Shown here: piece by piece, positions 56,266-64,000 of the stretch | How positions within the stretch are numbered: position 1 is the stretch's first letter | Layout: each line of letters starts with the position of its first letter | Assembly: GCA_963675295.2 (NCBI GenBank) | Contig: CAXXKJ010000002.1 | Span: 2,080,001-2,144,000 of the forward strand | Length of the DNA stretch: 64,000 bases | Source: a bacterium | GTDB taxonomy: Bacteria > Electryoneota > Electryoneia > Electryoneales > Electryoneaceae | Reading direction: 5' to 3' | Position numbers and translations under genes: made by a program | The notes under the pieces: generated by a model | What the model was told of the DNA's origin: nothing | Databases searched by the model: none | What the model saw: only the letters and a program-made list of their open reading frames with translations

Positions 56266-57567
56266 GTGCACGTGGAACGATTTATCGGCGTGCTTGGCGT
56301 TTTTGTCCTGATGGGGATTGCGTGGCTGTTGTCGACCAACCGTCGCGCGATCAACTGGCGTACCGTCGGCGTGGGTGTAGCCTTGCAGGTGGCGTTCGCG
56401 CTGCTGATCCTGCGCACCACCCCGGGCAAGGTGGTCTTTGAGGCGGCTCGGAGCTTCATTTCCAACATCCTCAGCTACACCGACCAGGGCGCCTATTTCA
56501 TTTTCGGCAACCTCTATCTCACCGGTGGCAACATCGCTTCGAACATCCCCGGCGCGATGCTCGACCAGGGCTTCTCGGTGCTCGATCCCCGCAGCGGCCA
56601 GATGGTCGAAATCGGGACGGTATTCGCGTTTCACGTCCTGCCGACCATCATCTTCTTCGCCTCGTTGATGGCCCTGCTGTATCACCTCGGTATCATGCAG
56701 CAGATCGTGCGCGTCTTCGCGTGGGTGATGAAGCGGACGATGAAGACCAGCGGCTCGGAATCCTTGTCGGCGGCGTCCAACATTTTCGTCGGTCAGACCG
56801 AGGCGCCGTTTGTCGTCAAGCCGTTCCTCGCGAGGATGACCAACAGCGAGATCATGGCGGTGATGACCGCCGGGTTCGCGACCGTCGCCGGCGGTGTGTT
56901 GGCGGCCTATGTTCGCTTCGGAATTGACGCCGGCCACTTGATGGCGGCCTCGTTGATGAGTGCGCCTGCTGCGCTGGTGATGGCGAAGATCATGGTCCCC
57001 GAAGTCGAGACCAGCGAAACCGCCGACTCGATGAAGATGCACGTTGAAAAGACATACAGCAATCCGATCGACGCTGCGGCGGGGGGTGCGTCCGACGGCC
57101 TCAAGCTGGCGGTCAATGTCGCCGCGATGCTGATCGCGTTCATCGCGTTGGTGGCGATGATCAACGGTCTGCTTGGCTGGGTCGGCAGCCTCTTCGGCGT
57201 CGAGAACCTGACGCTACGCCTGATCCTCGGCTACATGTTCAGCCCGCTGGCGTTCGTCATGGGTGTCGACTGGGCGGACGCGCTGGACGTCGGCTCGTTA
57301 CTCGGCGCGAAGATCACCATCAACGAGTTCCTCGCGTTCATCGACCTCGGCGCGTTGCACGGCCAGATCAGCGACCGCAGCTACATCATCGCAACGTACG
57401 CGTTGACCGGATTCGCGAACTTCTCATCGATCGCGATCCAGATCGGCGGGATCGCCACTCTGGTCCCGGAACGCCGCAAGGATCTCGCTCGCTACGGCTT
57501 GCGCGCGATGATCGCCGGTGCCCTTGCGAGCTGGCAGACTGCCGCAATCGCGGGGATTTTGTTGTAA
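56266..57567 (+). CDS. nupC: CNT-family nucleoside transporter
   Basis: LSTNRRAINWRTV, VLPTIIFF, NIFVGQTEAP, GFANFSSIAIQIGG. Confidence 0.93.
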   Translation: MHVERFIGVLGVFVLMGIAWLLSTNRRAINWRTVGVGVALQVAFALLILRTTPGKVVFEAARSFISNILSYTDQGAYFIFGNLYLTGGNIASNIPGAMLDQGFSVLDPRSGQMVEIGTVFAFHVLPTIIFFASLMALLYHLGIMQQIVRVFAWVMKRTMKTSGSESLSAASNIFVGQTEAPFVVKPFLARMTNSEIMAVMTAGFATVAGGVLAAYVRFGIDAGHLMAASLMSAPAALVMAKIMVPEVETSETADSMKMHVEKTYSNPIDAAAGGASDGLKLAVNVAAMLIAFIALVAMINGLLGWVGSLFGVENLTLRLILGYMFSPLAFVMGVDWADALDVGSLLGAKITINEFLAFIDLGALHGQISDRSYIIATYALTGFANFSSIAIQIGGIATLVPERRKDLARYGLRAMIAGALASWQTAAIAGILL

Positions 57568-57773
57568 GGCATGAAAGAGGTATAATCCAAACGAGGTGTC
57601 ACTCCGAATGCAGTGAAGGACTCTTCGTTATCAGCAATCTCAACCCGGCAACCTGATCGTTGCCGGGTTTTTCCATTCGGATCGCCGAACTCCGTGCATG
57701 TACCCGTTTTCACCGTTAGCTTTCCGCCACGGGGTTGAATCCCGGGGGGCGGTTTTTTGAGGAGGACGGGACG

Positions 57774-59675
57774 ATGCGTGGATGGATCATGGTGTTGTGC
57801 CTGTTGCTGGCAGCTGTGGCGCAGGCTGGGAATGTGACGGTATCTGAGGCAGTGCGTGTCGCGGAAAACACACTCGCCGTCAAGGCGATACAGGGCGAGT
57901 GGGATGGTGCAACCGCGCCAAGTGCGACCTTGATCCGGACGTTGAACTGGGAAGGCGAACCCACCGCCTACTACTTCGAGGTTGAGCCCACAGGTTGTCT
58001 GCTGGTATCCGCGTACCGCGAGATGCCACCGCTGCGGGCGTATTCGTCCACCTCACGGCTGACCTACGACACCCCGGAATCCGCCGGGACGATGTTCGCT
58101 GAAATGCTTGCACAGAAGGCCAAGTGGCTCGAGCTGAATCCGTCCCACCCGGAGCTGGCTGAGCGATTCGCAGACCAGTGGACCGCCTACACCGCGCCGA
58201 CGCTTGACCAGTGCCTCGCCCTGCTCAACGCCAACCAGCTCGATGAGTACACGCCCGGCACCGTCCTGCTGCCGTCGATCTGGCATCAGGAAGCGCCATA
58301 CAACAACTTCTGCCCGATTGAGGACACGGAAAACTGCAAGGTCGGCTGTGTCGCCACCGCGACGGCGCAGATCATGTACTACTGGCGCTGGCCGTTGGCC
58401 GGGACCGGATCGCACTCATACTCGTGGAACAGCCAGGTGATCACCGCGAATTTCAGCGACCCGTACGACTGGGACAACATTCTCCCTGAATACGGGCAGC
58501 CGTGGCAACATACCACAGCTGAACTGAACGCCGTCGCCGAACTGAACTTCGAGGTCGGCGTCGCCTACGAGATGAACTACGGTGTCGACGGGTCCGGCGC
58601 ATACACCGACGACGCCATCGACATCCTGCCGCAATACTTCAACTATCTCGACACGATCTACGAGCTGAACCGTGCCGATTATCCCGATGACCAGGCGTGG
58701 TTCGACATTCTGTGTACCGAGATCGACGAGGAACGTCCAATCCTCTACACCATCCGCAACGCCGACTGGGGCCATGCGATCGTAATCGACGGCTGGCGGA
58801 TCGATAATCAGGTCAACGAGATCCACGTTAATTACGGCGGCTGGGTTGACATCTTCCTCGGTTGGTATGGCATGGACGGCATCCCGTTCGCCGACTGGCC
58901 AACCTCCGAATCGGCGTATCTCGGCATCGAGCCGGACGGCGACACGCCACCCCCGCCACCGGTCGCGGTGACGCTGACTCCGTCCGAGTACCCGATCATT
59001 TTCGTCAACCAGGGGGAGGCGTTCAGCTACGATGTCACATTATCCACCTCGTTGACTCAACCCCAGTACGGCTTTGTCTGGGCAGAAACGTTGCTGCCGA
59101 ACGGCTCATGGTACGGGCCGGTTTATCGCGCACGGATGCTGTTTGTGCCGGGCATGGCGATCACGGTGCAGGATGTCGCGCAACTGGTGCCCTCGGACGC
59201 GCCGCTCGGGTATTACCAGTGGTGGGTGCACGTTGGGCCGAACACGAACACGCCGCTCTCGTCCGACTTCTTCGCGTTTACCGTGCTCAGCGGATCGGCT
59301 GACGGCGCGACGGAGTGGGCCTCATCCGGCCACGAACGGTTGAGCGACGCGCAGAGTAGCGAGTCCCTGCTATTCGCTGAAACAAGCGGTCAACATGTCG
59401 CAATTCCAGACCAGTTTACCGTCAACGATGTCTATCCGAACCCATTCAACGCGACCGCCACGATCCGTTTTAGTCTGCCGCTCGCGTCCACGGTTCAGGT
59501 CTCGGTGTACAACACGCTCGGCCAACGGGTGCATCTGCTCGCGAATGAACACTACCAACCCGGTGCACATCACCTGACGCTGGATGCATCTACATGGTCC
59601 AGCGGGATCTACTTCGTCGAAACGTGCGTCGCCGGCCAGCAACGCGACCTGCAGAAGATCGTTCTGATACGCTGA
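57774..59675 (+). CDS. secreted C10 (streptopain-like) cysteine protease with T9SS-like CTD
   Basis: WHQEAPYN, VGCVATATAQIMYYW (Cys), GHAIVIDG (His), C-terminal VYPNPFN..SSGIYF. Confidence 0.9.
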   Translation: MRGWIMVLCLLLAAVAQAGNVTVSEAVRVAENTLAVKAIQGEWDGATAPSATLIRTLNWEGEPTAYYFEVEPTGCLLVSAYREMPPLRAYSSTSRLTYDTPESAGTMFAEMLAQKAKWLELNPSHPELAERFADQWTAYTAPTLDQCLALLNANQLDEYTPGTVLLPSIWHQEAPYNNFCPIEDTENCKVGCVATATAQIMYYWRWPLAGTGSHSYSWNSQVITANFSDPYDWDNILPEYGQPWQHTTAELNAVAELNFEVGVAYEMNYGVDGSGAYTDDAIDILPQYFNYLDTIYELNRADYPDDQAWFDILCTEIDEERPILYTIRNADWGHAIVIDGWRIDNQVNEIHVNYGGWVDIFLGWYGMDGIPFADWPTSESAYLGIEPDGDTPPPPPVAVTLTPSEYPIIFVNQGEAFSYDVTLSTSLTQPQYGFVWAETLLPNGSWYGPVYRARMLFVPGMAITVQDVAQLVPSDAPLGYYQWWVHVGPNTNTPLSSDFFAFTVLSGSADGATEWASSGHERLSDAQSSESLLFAETSGQHVAIPDQFTVNDVYPNPFNATATIRFSLPLASTVQVSVYNTLGQRVHLLANEHYQPGAHHLTLDASTWSSGIYFVETCVAGQQRDLQKIVLIR

Positions 59676-59714
59676 TTGATCAGGATCTTAGATACGGCTG
59701 ATTCATCTGGCCGG

Positions 59715-60075
59715 CCGGGGTCGTCTTGCGACCCGGGTGTCATCAACCCCAACAACAATGCCCCATCCAAAATTTCTGGATGGGGCATGTTTGCATCTAT
59801 CGTCATCCGGACGGCGGGCAATGGAGGTCAAGTGGATCGCCGTCCGGTCCGTGGGTAGTGCCGGGGGCACAGTGTGGCAACTGTGCCCCCGTGGTACGGC
59901 AGACTGATCGTCGGGGGGGAGGCCGACGGTCAGGGGATTGGGACTTTCTTTGCCTGGGGACACTTTGTCCCTAAAGTGTCCCCAGGTATGTCTTTCACAG
60001 GGACACGTAGCGGAGTACGTGTCCCCTCACAGGCTTGTCTATCCGGGGACACTGACCGGAATCAGTATCCCCGGG
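59715..60075. repeat. array of about eight hairpins, four with GGG(A/G)CAC..GTR(T/C)CCC stems
   Basis: Hairpins near 59716, 59758, 59807, 59862, 59904, 59953, 60000 and 60043. Confidence 0.8.
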
Positions 60076-60111
60076 TCTTCAGGGAAGGGTAAATCAGCTC
60101 AGGGTCGTGCC

Positions 60112-60552
60112 TCAGGCTTCGACCGCGTCGATCTGGATCTTGCGCGGCTTAGCTTCCTCGACCTTCGGGAGACGAATGGTGAGGACGCCGTTGTCGAACG
60201 CCGCGTGGATCGAATCGTGCTTGATGTTGTCGCGCACGGTGAAGCGGCGCACGAACTTGCCGTAGGCGCGTTCGCTGCTGACGCAACATTCGCCTTCCTT
60301 GCTCTCCGGGGCCGGACGTTCACCGCTCAGGGTGAGTACGCCGTCCTCGAGCGTGATGTCGATGCTGTCCTTGCTCACGCCGGGCAGGTCGGCGAGCACG
60401 CGGTAATCGTGTTCATCCTCGATGATGTCGACGCGCGGACTCCAGACACGGTTGACGACCTCTTCGTCGTTCCGGACTTCGTTGATCAGGTTCATCCAAC
60501 GGGCCATTTCACGGTTCGGGGCCCACATCTGACGGTTGTGCTGGCGATGCAT
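60112..60552 (-). CDS. Hsp20/alpha-crystallin small heat-shock protein
   Basis: WSPRVDIIE, ADLPGV, ERAYGKFVRRF, FDNGVLTIRLPK..PRKIQI. Confidence 0.93.
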   Translation of the reverse strand: MHRQHNRQMWAPNREMARWMNLINEVRNDEEVVNRVWSPRVDIIEDEHDYRVLADLPGVSKDSIDITLEDGVLTLSGERPAPESKEGECCVSSERAYGKFVRRFTVRDNIKHDSIHAAFDNGVLTIRLPKVEEAKPRKIQIDAVEA

Positions 60553-60613
60553 GGGTGGTTCCTTTCGTATGATCAGCTTGAAAATGTGTTTTCGCTACTC
60601 GTCAGAAATGGAA

Positions 60614-60628
60614 GCAACCGCCGTGCCA
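60614..60628 (-). promoter_or_regulatory. sigma-54 (-24/-12) promoter of hsp20
   Basis: Minus strand TGGCACGGCGGTTGC matches TGGCAC-N5-TTGC. Confidence 0.75.
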
Positions 60629-60885
60629 TTTTTGTGCTCTCCCTCGGATTCGTAGACTATTTCATCGGATGCGGTTTCGCTTGATAGTTGCTGTCAGTAC
60701 CTTGGCATACGTGTTGGCAGGGAAATGCCGGAGTGGCAGAGGGGTGTCTGCAACATCGGCAGGCTTCCTCCGGAAGGCGGCAGAGTGGAGCGGCGAGAGC
60801 CGGTTCGGTGGGAACGCGGCGTTTTTTTCCGCGTGTACGAGCCGACGCAACCGAACCATATCCAGTTCGACAGGAGAAAAAAACC

Positions 60886-62346
60886 ATGAAATCGAGGCAA
60901 TGGGGATTGGGCATTGCGGGAACGTTGATCATTGCGATCACTGTCGGTTTGTTCGCTTTGCCGCATCCTGCGCGCACCCAGGACGTCAACCTGCAGGATT
61001 CACGCTATGTCACCTCGACGTTTGAGAGTCCGTTTGTCGCAGTCGCGGACCGGCTGAAGCCGAGTGTGGTCTTTATCAGCGCTGTACGTGAACGAGAGAT
61101 CCAGCTACCGTTTATCTTTGAGAACCATCCCTTCTTTCGTGACATGATTCCGGATCAGGGAGACGAGCCGCGCGTACAGAAGATCCCGTCCAGCGGTTCC
61201 GGCTTCATCATTGACGCCGAAGGCTACGTGCTGACAAACAACCACGTGGTGCAGGACGCGAAGGAAATCAAGGTCAAGTTGGCGGAAGGGGAAGAGCTGG
61301 ACGCTGAGGTGATCGGCACCGACCCGGAAACCGACCTCGCGCTGCTCAAGATCGACCCGGTCGATCCGGACCATGTCGCGCAGCTTGGTGACAGTGACGA
61401 TATCCGCATCGGCGACTGGGCGATCGCGATGGGCAACCCGCTCGGGTTGGACTGGACGCTTACGGTCGGCGTGATCAGTGCCAAGGGCCGCAGCAACCTG
61501 AATATCTCCGGCGGTGGTCCGATCTTCCAGGATTTCATCCAGACCGACGCTTCGATTAACTTCGGCAACTCCGGCGGTCCGCTGACCAACATTCACGGCG
61601 AAGTCATCGGCATTAATGCGGCGGTGAACGCCTCCGCGGATGGTATCGGCTTCGCAATCCCGATCAACCTCGCGAAGGAAGTCGTCGCGCAGCTCAAGGA
61701 CAGTGGACGCATCAGCCGTGGCTACCTCGGCATGATGCCGCGTCAACTGACCGGACTGCTTCGTGAAGCGCTTGAAGTGGAAGAAGGCGTGGACGGTGTC
61801 TTTGTCGAGTCAGTCGAATTGAACACCCCGGCGGCGGAAGGTGGTTTGCAGGAATCGGACATCATCATTGAGGTTGATGGCCGTCCGGTGGATGATGTCA
61901 ACGACTTCCGTTTCCGCATCGCGCGTCACGCTCCGGGCGAACGCCTCGACCTCAAGGTGTTGCGCGAAGGCCGCGAGAAGGATCTCAGCTTCACCCTTGG
62001 CGACCGTGCGGAATTCCTCGAGGTCGCCCAGACTCCGGCGGAGCAGGAAAGCCGCAGCTGGATGGGGCTGAATGTGGACAACCTGAACACGAATCGCTTA
62101 CGCCGTGGTGCGGAGCTGCAGGTCAGCTCGGGTGTGATCGTGATCAGTGTCGACAACGACAGCCCGGCGCAAGGTGTCTTGAGCCCCGGCGATGTGATTG
62201 TCGGTGTTGACCAGCAGGAGATCAAGAATCTCGGCGACTGGCGGGACGTAACCAGCAACCTCAAGGATGTCGACAAGGCGATTCTTGTCAAGTATCATCC
62301 GCAGGGCCAGGCAACGACTCGGTTCACGGCTCTGAAGAAAGACTAG
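60886..62346 (+). CDS. degP: DegP/DegQ (HtrA) serine protease with two PDZ domains
   Basis: SGSGFII, TNNHVV, TDLALLK, QTDASINFGNSGGPL. Confidence 0.92.
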   Translation: MKSRQWGLGIAGTLIIAITVGLFALPHPARTQDVNLQDSRYVTSTFESPFVAVADRLKPSVVFISAVREREIQLPFIFENHPFFRDMIPDQGDEPRVQKIPSSGSGFIIDAEGYVLTNNHVVQDAKEIKVKLAEGEELDAEVIGTDPETDLALLKIDPVDPDHVAQLGDSDDIRIGDWAIAMGNPLGLDWTLTVGVISAKGRSNLNISGGGPIFQDFIQTDASINFGNSGGPLTNIHGEVIGINAAVNASADGIGFAIPINLAKEVVAQLKDSGRISRGYLGMMPRQLTGLLREALEVEEGVDGVFVESVELNTPAAEGGLQESDIIIEVDGRPVDDVNDFRFRIARHAPGERLDLKVLREGREKDLSFTLGDRAEFLEVAQTPAEQESRSWMGLNVDNLNTNRLRRGAELQVSSGVIVISVDNDSPAQGVLSPGDVIVGVDQQEIKNLGDWRDVTSNLKDVDKAILVKYHPQGQATTRFTALKKD

Positions 62347-62390
62347 CTGGTTGATCTGAGCAGGATTCGACCACAATTTATTGCTGAGCG

Positions 62391-62421
62391 ACGCCGCTGG
62401 TGAAAATCCGGCGGCGTTTTT
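62391..62421 (+). terminator. intrinsic terminator
   Basis: ACGCCGCTGG-TGAAAAT-CCGGCGGCGT-TTTT. Confidence 0.7.
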
Positions 62422-62567
62422 GGCGTTTGCAATGCGAAGTGGCTCAAGAGGTCAGATTGCACCGGAAGCTTGCTGAAATTGCAGGAATTGCTTGCGTGCT
62501 GGAAGGGCCTGCGGTAAGTTTCAATCCACTTTGTACCTGCTTGCACAACATGAGGATTTACGTCTCA

Positions 62568-63563
62568 GTGGATTCCCTCCATACACACATTGTCGAATCG
62601 CAGTCGCATGATCCGTGGCACAATCTCGCGCTGGAGGAAGCGCTGTTGGAGGATGTGTCGCCGAACGAGATCATCCTGTACCTGTGGCAGAACCAGAATA
62701 CGGTTGTCATCGGCCGCAACCAGAATGCATGGCGTGAGTGCCGTTGGAAGGAACTGGAAGAGGGCGGCGGAAAACTCGCACGCCGGCTCAGCGGCGGCGG
62801 GGCGGTGTACCATGATCTCGGTAACCTCAACTTCACGTTCGTAATGGACAAGAAGCTGAAGGACCTGCACCGTCAGCTGAAGGTGCTGCTCAACGCCGCG
62901 AAAGCATTGGGCGTGGAGGCTGAATTCTCCGGCCGGAACGACATCGTCGCGGACGGCCGCAAGTTCTCCGGCAATGCGTTCCACACTCGCGACAACGCCT
63001 ATTACCATCACGGCACCATCCTCGTCGATGTGGATTTCGCCAAATTGGCGCAGATCCTGACCGTCGATGATTCCAAGATGAAGTCGAAGGGTGTCACCTC
63101 GGTGAAGTCGCGCGTCGTCAACCTGAAGGAGCTCAGTGATCAGGTGACGATTGACGCGTTCAAGCAGGAGCTGCGCAAGGCGTTCTGTGCCGAATACGGC
63201 GGCAGTTGTGACGAGCTGAAGCCGGCGGATGTGACCGCTGATTTATCCGTGCTGTACGACAAATACGCGTCTTGGCAGTGGCGGTATGGCCGTACACCGA
63301 ACTTCGACGTGGAGCTGACGACGCGGTTCGACTGGGGAGGGGTCCAGTTCGGCTTCAGCACCGATCAGGGGCAGGTGGAGTCCTGCACGGTGTATTCGGA
63401 CGCCATGGACGCGCGGTTCATCCAGGAAATCTCGGCTCACCTCGAGCAGATACCCTACCGCTACGATGCCATCGCCGCGAAGCTCGATGAGTTGGCGACG
63501 ACGGACGATCGTAAGCCGCTGGTTTCCGATTTGAAGAATTGGTTGCAATCGGAACAGTTGTAA
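62568..63563 (+). CDS. lplA: lipoate--protein ligase A
   Basis: NLALEE, VIGRNQN, RRLSGGGAVYHDLGN, RKFSGNA, HHGT; start could be 62550. Confidence 0.93.
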   Translation: MDSLHTHIVESQSHDPWHNLALEEALLEDVSPNEIILYLWQNQNTVVIGRNQNAWRECRWKELEEGGGKLARRLSGGGAVYHDLGNLNFTFVMDKKLKDLHRQLKVLLNAAKALGVEAEFSGRNDIVADGRKFSGNAFHTRDNAYYHHGTILVDVDFAKLAQILTVDDSKMKSKGVTSVKSRVVNLKELSDQVTIDAFKQELRKAFCAEYGGSCDELKPADVTADLSVLYDKYASWQWRYGRTPNFDVELTTRFDWGGVQFGFSTDQGQVESCTVYSDAMDARFIQEISAHLEQIPYRYDAIAAKLDELATTDDRKPLVSDLKNWLQSEQL

Positions 63564-63773
63564 GCGTAGTGCTGGGGGTTCATTCCTGACAGCTCATCAT
63601 TTATCATTCACTCAACACGGTAGTCGCGCGTGAAAATCGCCCGTGATGAACGCCGGGTTTTTATCGGCGAACAGTTTGATTGCCGCGCAGCCACGCCTCG
63701 TGGGGCTGTGCGGTTTCGTGTGCAGGTTGATTCGGTTCAGGGGAAAGTGCTGATCGCCAGAACGTCACGGAAC

Positions 63774-64000
63774 ATGGCGACAGTGTTGACCCGTGGGCAG
63801 GAAGTCATCGCGGTATTTACCCGACCGGGCAAGGCATTTCGCTTCAAGCCAAAGGTGGGGGAACTCAAAACCTCTGGCGATGCCCTGTTGATCACCTTCA
63901 CCGGTTCGTTCAACGTCGAGCAGTTCGAACGGCGGGAGTACAGGCGCGGCACGGTCAAGGGTACGCTGGTCTTCAGCGCGGACACCTCCGGCAAGCGCAC
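63774..64000 (+). CDS. 5' part of a gene running off the right edge (MATVLTRGQEVIAVF...)
   Basis: Frame open from ATG 63774 to the edge; product unknown. Confidence 0.45.
   Translation, partial: MATVLTRGQEVIAVFTRPGKAFRFKPKVGELKTSGDALLITFTGSFNVEQFERREYRRGTVKGTLVFSADTSGKR

Noticed and set aside
59860-60075. Possible CRISPR array or integron attC array
   Set aside because: The variable part lies inside the palindromes, linkers are mostly only ~13-17 nt, and there are no cassette ORFs, integrase or cas genes.

Overview
A GC-rich bacterial chromosomal segment made mostly of housekeeping genes. Three secreted proteins with a 'YPNPFN' C-terminal sorting domain, plus LptE/WaaF, suggest a diderm FCB-group lineage; this is inference. 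The window holds tyrS, spoVG-tRNA-Gln-prs-rplY-pth, then a ~9 kb block (membrane pyrophosphatase, a cysteine hydrolase/FAD oxidoreductase/RlmN-like radical SAM operon, a P3A H+-ATPase). Next come rpsF-rpsR-rplI, a complete rrn operon (16S-Ile-Ala-23S-5S), two FG-GAP paralogues, miaB, selB, uvrB, purD, an LPS/t6A cluster, gatE, a nucleoside-salvage cluster, a C10 protease, hsp20/degP and lplA. Most notable: (1) an archaeal-type GatE in a bacterium; (2) a low-GC four-helix-bundle gene enclosed by inverted heptamer arrays, with about ten other period-7 arrays in the window; (3) an RlmN-like enzyme lacking the resolving Cys in a coupled three-gene operon; (4) an array of covarying GGGGACAC..GTGTCCCC hairpins; (5) a candidate sigma-28-driven ~300-nt RNA; (6) two apparently degenerate enzymes heading the salvage operon. 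All calls rest on motif recognition by eye; no database searches were run.
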